From: Candidatus Ozemobacteraceae bacterium
Lineage (GTDB): Bacteria > Muiribacteriota > Ozemobacteria > Ozemobacterales > Ozemobacteraceae
Direction: 5' to 3'
Length of the DNA stretch: 64,000 bases
NCBI GenBank assembly: GCA_965140445.1
Contig: OZ223236.1
Span: 2,496,001-2,560,000 of the forward strand
Part shown: one piece after another, positions 53,593 through 59,794 of the stretch
Numbering within the stretch: position 1 is the first letter of the stretch
Layout of the letters: each line of letters starts with the position of its first letter
Notes under the pieces: model-generated
What the model saw: the letters and a program-made list of their open reading frames with translations, nothing else
Database searches by the model: none
Told to the model about the DNA's origin: nothing
Position numbers and translations under genes: made by a program

Positions 53593-53623
53593 TGAGTATT
53601 AAAGCTTGATTTGGAGGCGCAAA

Positions 53624-55438
53624 ATGCAAAGAGTTATTTCTTATCATAGATTTTCAAGCAAAAAACAAGAAAAAGGCGATTCAACAAGACGACAAGAAGA
53701 ATTGAGAGACGCATACTTAAAAAAACATAATTTGACTCTCACAGAGAGCTATGAAGATTTGGGGATTTCAGCTTTCAGACTAAAAAATGCACAAAAAGGC
53801 AAGCTCAGAGGATTTTTAAATTTAGTAGAAGACGGACTAATACCTGTTGGTACTATTTTAATAGTTGAAGCGCTTGACAGGCTCTCAAGAAGCGAGCCAA
53901 TGGAGGCTTTGAATATTTTTTCTTCAATCATTAGACGCGGAATAATAATTGTAACAACGCTCGACGGCTCAAAATACGACAACTCAGACCTTGACACTGG
54001 AAAAATTTTGTTAATGGTAATGAATTTATGCAAGGGGCATCAAGAGTCAAAAGACAAATCAGAGCGTTTAAAAAAAGTATGGGAAGCTAAGAGAGAGTTA
54101 GCAGAGACTCAAGTTATAAAACAAAAACTTCCGCTCTGGCTTAAAAGAAATAAAAAAACAAACGAGCTAGAAGAAGTAAAAGAGAATGTTGAAGCTATAA
54201 AAAGAATGTTTGAGCTAGCAGAAGTTGGATTCGGTGCTTTTGCTTCTGCAAGAATGCTCAGAGAAGAGAGCTACAAGATAAATAACAAGAATATTGAGAA
54301 ACGATATATTACAGCAACTCTTAAAAATGAAGCAGTTTTCGGAAATATAGAGCTATATAATAGAAAGTTCTATTCACAAGACGAGCAGATAAGACTCAAC
54401 AAGCCTGAGAGCGAGCGCGTTTTTCAAAAAAAGATTGAAGGCTACTATCCTCAAATTATTTCAAAAGAACAGTTTGACAGAGTGCAAATGAAAGTTAAAC
54501 AACGAAGAAAAAAAGGAATAAAAGCGACAAGCAAGTATGTAAATATTTTTCACGGAATTTTGAAAAGTGAGTCTGGTAGCACGTTTACAACTAGAAACAG
54601 AGCTGGGAAAGGCATAAAAAAAACATCTATAGTTGAAAAACTTTTTGTAGACAACTCAAAAGAGCAAAGTGGTGAGAGTAATAATTTTTCTTTTCCTGCG
54701 CGCGCTCTTGAACTAGCTGTTATAGATGTTTTATCAAATTATGAGATGCCAGCCTTGCAACACTCAAGAAATTATAGAGCTGAAATAAATGAGATTGAAA
54801 AAGAAATCGGAGACAAAAAAATACACATAGAAACTCTACAACAAGAGCTTGCAAAGATTGGCAAAATCAAAAGCGTTTTACCAATTTTGTCAAATCTTGA
54901 AAAAGAGCTTGAAAAGCTAGAAGACTATAAAAACACACTATTAGACTCTATGCCTGTCGACAACTACGCTGAGCAGTTTGAAAAAATAAATGGGCTTCAT
55001 GTTTCTACAGATTATTCTAACGCGCTGTTAATAGATGAAAAACGAGTATGGTTGCAGAATATTTTCAGAGATACTATTGAGTCGATCATTATGAGAATAG
55101 AAAAGAATGGATTTGTTGCAAAAGCATTTTGCAAAATGACTCTCAAGAATGAAGATATAATAGAATTTCAAGTGAACAACTTTGTACCTTTCTCTTACGT
55201 TGTGCAAGTGTTCAATAAGAATGAAATTTCATTTATCTATGCAGACACAAACGAAGAAGAACGACAAGAAATTTGGAAAAAAAAGAATCTGGCAAGCGCT
55301 AGATACATTGTAAGTTTGTATGACATTTTTCATTACAATAAAAACGGTTTGAGTATTAGAGAGATAGTAGAAAAAACAGGATTCTCAAAGACAGGAGTAA
55401 CAGGAGCACTTAAAAAAGCAATCTGGCTGTATAGCTAA
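53624..55438 (+). CDS. Large serine recombinase (integrase)
   Basis: ISYHRFSSKKQ catalytic motif, EDLGISAF and VEALDRLSR; recombinase domain; coiled coil. Confidence 0.95.
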   Translation: MQRVISYHRFSSKKQEKGDSTRRQEELRDAYLKKHNLTLTESYEDLGISAFRLKNAQKGKLRGFLNLVEDGLIPVGTILIVEALDRLSRSEPMEALNIFSSIIRRGIIIVTTLDGSKYDNSDLDTGKILLMVMNLCKGHQESKDKSERLKKVWEAKRELAETQVIKQKLPLWLKRNKKTNELEEVKENVEAIKRMFELAEVGFGAFASARMLREESYKINNKNIEKRYITATLKNEAVFGNIELYNRKFYSQDEQIRLNKPESERVFQKKIEGYYPQIISKEQFDRVQMKVKQRRKKGIKATSKYVNIFHGILKSESGSTFTTRNRAGKGIKKTSIVEKLFVDNSKEQSGESNNFSFPARALELAVIDVLSNYEMPALQHSRNYRAEINEIEKEIGDKKIHIETLQQELAKIGKIKSVLPILSNLEKELEKLEDYKNTLLDSMPVDNYAEQFEKINGLHVSTDYSNALLIDEKRVWLQNIFRDTIESIIMRIEKNGFVAKAFCKMTLKNEDIIEFQVNNFVPFSYVVQVFNKNEISFIYADTNEEERQEIWKKKNLASARYIVSLYDIFHYNKNGLSIREIVEKTGFSKTGVTGALKKAIWLYS

Positions 55439-55453
55439 AGATTTAATATTGTT

Positions 55454-55481
55454 GCCCAGGAAAACTCCTGGGCTTTTTTTT
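55454..55481 (+). terminator. Terminator after the integrase
   Basis: GCCCAGGA/TCCTGGGC followed by T8. Confidence 0.85.
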
Positions 55482-56163
55482 GCTCATTCTAGCAACGTTT
55501 TTTTACTTTTTGACTGTTTACTCACGAAGCTTAAAAAAAATCAAAGGACGGGCACGAAAACGAGTGCTTGTGTAACAAAAGCTATTAAAAAAATCTATGA
55601 ATGATTTGTTTATTTGTTTGTTCTGAAAACATCTTGTAATAACAATACATCTATAGCTAGACAAAAAAACATGAGTAACGCATACAGACTAGACGACTGT
55701 TACAAATATCTGCACATGAAAAAACCTTTGATAAATTACAAACTCTTGTGAAAAATTCTATCACTAATGAAAAAATACTATTCTTGTTGAGTTTAGCTTT
55801 AGGTACGTACAACAAAATCCTGGGTTGTTTGTATTCAATGTTTGAGCTAGCAATAGATGTTATACAAGTCAAAGCAAATCGCAAAAGAGTAAATGAGAGT
55901 TTTTTGCTACTGATAAAAATAGTGCTATTAGAGTTATTAGAGTCAAATAATACGAATCTGAGCTATTTATGATGTATCAAAGCAAAACAGAGACTAGAGT
56001 CACACAAGAGAATTTTTAATCAAGACTTTGTGAGTTTCAAAATACTAAAGTAACTAGAGGTACGTACGAAAATTTGAGGTCAAAATCATGTCAGTTGACA
56101 CACGTTGTTTTTGTGTCAAAAAAAACTAGCTGAATCAAAAAAAGCCTTAAAAGTCTTTTTTCT

Positions 56164-56252
56164 TTATAGTAGTAGGGGCTGTGGAAAAGTGGATAACTAT
56201 ATCTTAGCGGCTCTACAAAAGCGATACAGGTTGTGGATAACTATGTGGATAA
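56164..56252 (-). promoter_or_regulatory. oriC-like module: four co-oriented DnaA boxes, GC spacer and DnaA-trios
   Basis: TTATCCACA at 56244-56252 and 56232-56240 (perfect); TTATCCACT 56188-56196 and TTTTCCACA 56180-56188 (1 mismatch each); then GCCC and CTACTACTA. Confidence 0.8.
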
Positions 56253-56607
56253 CTTTGCTTTTTGAGTGTTTTTGCCCCCATTTTTGCCTTTATTATCAGT
56301 ATTTTGATAGGTCGAGTTTAGCCTTTGTTTATGCGGCTTTTTTAACAAAAAAACCTGGAGACGCCTGCTTTCATTAAGCGTGAACGAAAACAGCGGGTTT
56401 GCGAGCTTTTTTTGTCTTTTTTAGCAATTTTAAAAACACAAGCTCCGCTCAGCCTTTCTACTAGCAGCTTTGTATTATCAGTTTTTTGATATACCTAGCC
56501 TCCGCTTTAAAAAATGGTATTATATCATGCTTTCTGGCAGCGGGTTTGAGAGCCTTAAAAAATATTATATCACAAACGATTTTTAATGCAAAAAGTATAA
56601 TAAATAT

Positions 56608-56775
56608 ATGAAAAACAAAAAAGAAGAAACAGAACAAATTGAATTTTGTAAAAATTGTCTTGCATGTCAGAAGCTAAGAGAACAACAAGCTCAAGCACAA
56701 GCACAAGCACAAGCACAAGCCCAGGGACAGCAGGAACAAATAGACTGGAACAAACACGAAGAGCTATTTTATTAG
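56608..56775 (+). CDS. 55-aa protein with CxxCxxC and (QA)6 repeat (absent from the ORF track)
   Basis: MKNKKEETEQIEFCKNCLACQKLREQQAQAQAQAQAQAQGQQEQIDWNKHEELFY; TATAAT ends 6 nt before the ATG. Confidence 0.5.
   Translation: MKNKKEETEQIEFCKNCLACQKLREQQAQAQAQAQAQAQGQQEQIDWNKHEELFY
56685..56720 (+). repeat. Hexamer tandem repeat (ACAAGC)x6
   Basis: Read directly; one copy is TCAAGC. Confidence 0.95.
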
Positions 56776-56967
56776 TCTGCATTGTTTGTTGTGATAGACT
56801 ACAGCCCTTTTAAATAAGCTCTAGTAAATGTTTTTAAGTTTTTTTTCAGTCATGCTCAAGAAATGTCAATAGAGCATACTCCGCTGTTTATCATGCAAAG
56901 CAAAAAAACACAAATGTTGTGATATAATAAAGTAGGCTCAAAGCCGCTCCAGAAGCGGTTTTTAGAG

Positions 56968-56995
56968 TTGACAAACTTAACTAAAAGTATATAAT
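56968..56995 (+). promoter_or_regulatory. Consensus sigma70 promoter
   Basis: TTGACA-16 bp-TATAAT. Confidence 0.7.
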
Positions 56996-57011
56996 TAAAT
57001 TATAGAAAGTA

Positions 57012-57039
57012 AAAAACGAAAAACGAAAAACGAAAAACG
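57012..57039 (+). repeat. Heptamer tandem repeat (AAAAACG)x4
   Basis: Read directly. Confidence 0.95.
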
Positions 57040-57126
57040 ATTTTTCAAAAAGGAGGAAATAGCATAATTTGACATTTTTGAAATTTTCGCAATAATACTC
57101 TAGCTTAAAAAAAATGGAGGTACAAA

Positions 57127-57339
57127 ATGCAAGCAGAATTAGACAGAATTAGCATGGAAAGAGCTGGGCTCTATGAATATTTTACAAATATTGAAACGGG
57201 CGGCTTGAGGGGCTGTTTCTTGTATATTTTCACACAAAGAGCTTTTGATTCTTGCACTTGTCTAGCAGATATGACAGAAGAAGAGCTAATAGAGTTTAAA
57301 AATGAAACTATAGAAGCTTACGAATACTACATTTCATGA
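57127..57339 (+). CDS. Small acidic phage hypothetical protein
   Basis: GGAGGT RBS; 70 aa. Confidence 0.7.
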   Translation: MQAELDRISMERAGLYEYFTNIETGGLRGCFLYIFTQRAFDSCTCLADMTEEELIEFKNETIEAYEYYIS

Positions 57340-57351
57340 AGGAGCAAAACA

Positions 57352-57501
57352 ATGAGTAAAAAAGAAACGACAGAGAGAATAGTTCTTGTAACAGTAAAAG
57401 CAAGAATAGCATTTTCAAAAGCTCAAGAACTTGCTTCAGATCTCGAAACGTGCGCAATTGAGCACGACGCAAAAGTCAAAACAAAAATTGACTTAAAATA
57501 A
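57352..57501 (+). CDS. 49-aa phage hypothetical protein (absent from the ORF track)
   Basis: AGGAG RBS; MSKKETTERIVLVTVKARIAFSKAQELASDLETCAIEHDAKVKTKIDLK. Confidence 0.65.
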   Translation: MSKKETTERIVLVTVKARIAFSKAQELASDLETCAIEHDAKVKTKIDLK

Positions 57502-57596
57502 TTCTCAAATAGCTCGTAGCGCTGCGAGCTGTCCCAATTTTTCTCTACACAAAGCTCAATGAGCTATTTTGTTATGCAAAAAACAGGAGTGAAACA

Positions 57597-57986
57597 ATGA
57601 AGAAACAAACAGGACGAATGAGCTATACAGCTGATTTCAAGAAAAAAATTGTCAGCCAGGCTTTATCAAGCGAATTGAGTGCGTTTCAGTTTGCAAAAAA
57701 ACACAAACTCAGAGGAGAACTAGTTGCGCGCTGGATAAGAGAGCACAAGCAAGAGCAAGCAAAAGTTCATAATATTAATAATAATAACAATGAGCTAGAG
57801 CATGCAGAAACGATAGACGAGACTAATGCTATTAACAATGAACTAGAACAACAGAGAGTGCAATTAAAACAAGCATATACTGTGCTATCAAACAAAAGCG
57901 ACGAGTTGCAGATTATTAACATTGAACTAGAACAACTCAGAGAAGAGAATGCAGCTCTTAAAAAACTGTTGAGAATGTATATATGA
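57597..57986 (+). CDS. HTH plus coiled-coil protein resembling IS3-family OrfA
   Basis: YTADFKKKIV...FAKKHKLRGELVARWIR; C-terminal ELEQLREENAALKK. Confidence 0.75.
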   Translation: MKKQTGRMSYTADFKKKIVSQALSSELSAFQFAKKHKLRGELVARWIREHKQEQAKVHNINNNNNELEHAETIDETNAINNELEQQRVQLKQAYTVLSNKSDELQIINIELEQLREENAALKKLLRMYI

Positions 57987-58243
57987 GTTTTGATATATCA
58001 AACTATTGCATAATGCTCTATACAGAAAAAACACTCAGAAAAGATGTAAACGCTATAAGAGCTCATTTAAAAAACATTCAAAATATAAATAGTGTTCTAA
58101 TAGAGAGAGTGAAAAAAAGAGCCTATTTTTGGATATTTTTTAAAAACTACAAGTATAAAAAACAAATTGAGAATGAACTAAAAAAAATTGGTTCAATTAC
58201 GATAGACGAACATGAGTATAGCAACTATGAAGAATTCATTTAA
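57983..58243 (+). CDS. Phage hypothetical protein
   Basis: ATGA overlap with the upstream gene; followed by a terminator. Confidence 0.65.
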   Translation: MSFDISNYCIMLYTEKTLRKDVNAIRAHLKNIQNINSVLIERVKKRAYFWIFFKNYKYKKQIENELKKIGSITIDEHEYSNYEEFI

Positions 58244-58258
58244 AAAAAATTTCCCAGC

Positions 58259-58287
58259 CCTGGTTATTAATTTAACCAGGTTTTTTT
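58259..58287 (+). terminator. Terminator of the small-ORF operon
   Basis: CCTGGTTA/TAACCAGG followed by T7. Confidence 0.8.
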
Positions 58288-58450
58288 ATGCTTAAAATAG
58301 ATTGCAGAGACTACAGAGCGTTTTAAATTGTCTTAATACATAAATGTATCAAAGCTCAAAAAAAATGCAGCAGCGGCGCTCTAAATGAAAAAGTTTTCAA
58401 TAGTTGTTTGTTTTGCAAAGTATTTCTCAGATAATCTATCAGTCTATCTT

Positions 58451-58744
58451 TTTGTTGACATTCACAGAATGTTTGTAGTTTGACTGCGTAGCTTCATATT
58501 GAGATCGGCTCTACAAAAGGCTTTGTTATTTTGCATAATTTACTATGTTATATGTGATACTCTATGCCACCGTTAAAGCTGATACCTGCATTTTTTTTGT
58601 AAAAGCCTTTAAACAGAGGGGGGGGTGATCCTGGAAGTGTTTTTTTTAAGTTCCAGGATCGCTTTTCTATGCTCAAACTTTGTTGACATTCACAGAATGT
58701 TTGTAGTTTGACTGCGTAGCTTCATATTGAGATCGGCTCTACAA
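58451..58744 (+). repeat. Perfect 66-bp direct repeat, two copies (58451-58516 and 58679-58744)
   Basis: TTTGTTGACATTCACAGAATG...GAGATCGGCTCTACAA present twice. Confidence 0.95.
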
Positions 58745-59242
58745 GCTATTTTCTAAAATCAAGTCATGTTGTAAAGTTGTTGTGATATAATACAAATGCG
58801 CTGATAGTGGGGCTTTCGAGGGCAAGAGAGTTACGTTTTCTATAAAATAAACGTATAATATATATAGTTATTAAAAATAATAACTGGGGGGCTCTGTTTT
58901 CAAGAGCCAGGGTAGCAACACAAAACAAAACTGGGGAGCACGTCTACAAAATTTGTAGATGCTATTTTTTCACGTTCAAAAAAAACCGGGGGGGCTCTGT
59001 TTTCAAGAACCAGGGCAGTCGTATTTTTCCTAAACCTGGGGGGGTATTGTATCACAAACGATTTTAATAGTCGCTGAGCCCCCTGTGACTAGGTTCTTTA
59101 GCGGGTTAGCGCGCAACGAGGTTAGGAATCGAGGTCGAGCGAACAGAAATTTTTAGATTTTAAAGGTTTTTCGTCGTCGTTTAGTGAAGCTGCTTACAGA
59201 ACTAAAACAATTTCAAACTAGCATTAACAAAGGAAAATTAGA

Positions 59243-59794
59243 ATGGCAAAAAACGAAAATCAAAAACCAATTTTTCTTACAACTAAACAAATTGCAGAGT
59301 TTTTCAATGTGACTATGCGCACAGTGCAAGCATGGGACTGTCCGAAAGAGTCAAAAAACAAGCTAAATTTAAAATTGGTTTTTGATTGGTACTTAGAAAA
59401 TGGAAAGGCGACTGTTTCAGACAAAGACAAGAGCTACAAAGAAGCTCTGAGCAAATACAGAGCTAAGCTGGCAAGGCTCGAATATCAAGAGAAAAAACGC
59501 TTAGTTTTGCCAAAATCTGAATTTTACGCAGAATGGACTCAGCGAGTTTCTGACTTGAGACAAAGTTTAGATTCTATGAGCGATACTCTAGCGCCGCTCT
59601 TGATCAATTTGAAAAACGAGCACGAAGTCATAGAGATTCTAAATAGTTTCGTTGAAAAACTGCTATTGAGTTACTGCGCAGCTGGGAAATTTACAGTTAT
59701 TAATAATAAAAAAACGAGCAAGAAAACAACGACAAAAACGCGCAAGAAAACAAGTGGTAGAAAAGCTCCAAAAAAACTTGGAGCAAAAAAATGA
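59243..59794 (+). CDS. Terminase small subunit (Nu1-like)
   Basis: wHTH LTTKQIAEFFNVTMRTVQAW; coiled coil; overlaps the terL start. Confidence 0.85.
   Translation: MAKNENQKPIFLTTKQIAEFFNVTMRTVQAWDCPKESKNKLNLKLVFDWYLENGKATVSDKDKSYKEALSKYRAKLARLEYQEKKRLVLPKSEFYAEWTQRVSDLRQSLDSMSDTLAPLLINLKNEHEVIEILNSFVEKLLLSYCAAGKFTVINNKKTSKKTTTKTRKKTSGRKAPKKLGAKK

Noticed and set aside
55657..56377. ORFs 55657-55884(-), 55748-55972(+) and 56105-56377(+)
   Set aside because: No clear RBS or protein-like features; 56105-56377 simply reads through the DnaA boxes.
56570..56782. Minus-strand 70-aa ORF with VLVLVL run
   Set aside because: It is the antisense reading of the hexamer repeat; the plus-strand QA ORF has better support, although neither is proven.
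57597..58243. Intact IS3-family insertion sequence
   Set aside because: No OrfB/DDE domain and no terminal inverted repeats seen.
58451..58744. CRISPR array
   Set aside because: Only two 66-bp copies separated by 162 bp; wrong geometry and no cas genes.
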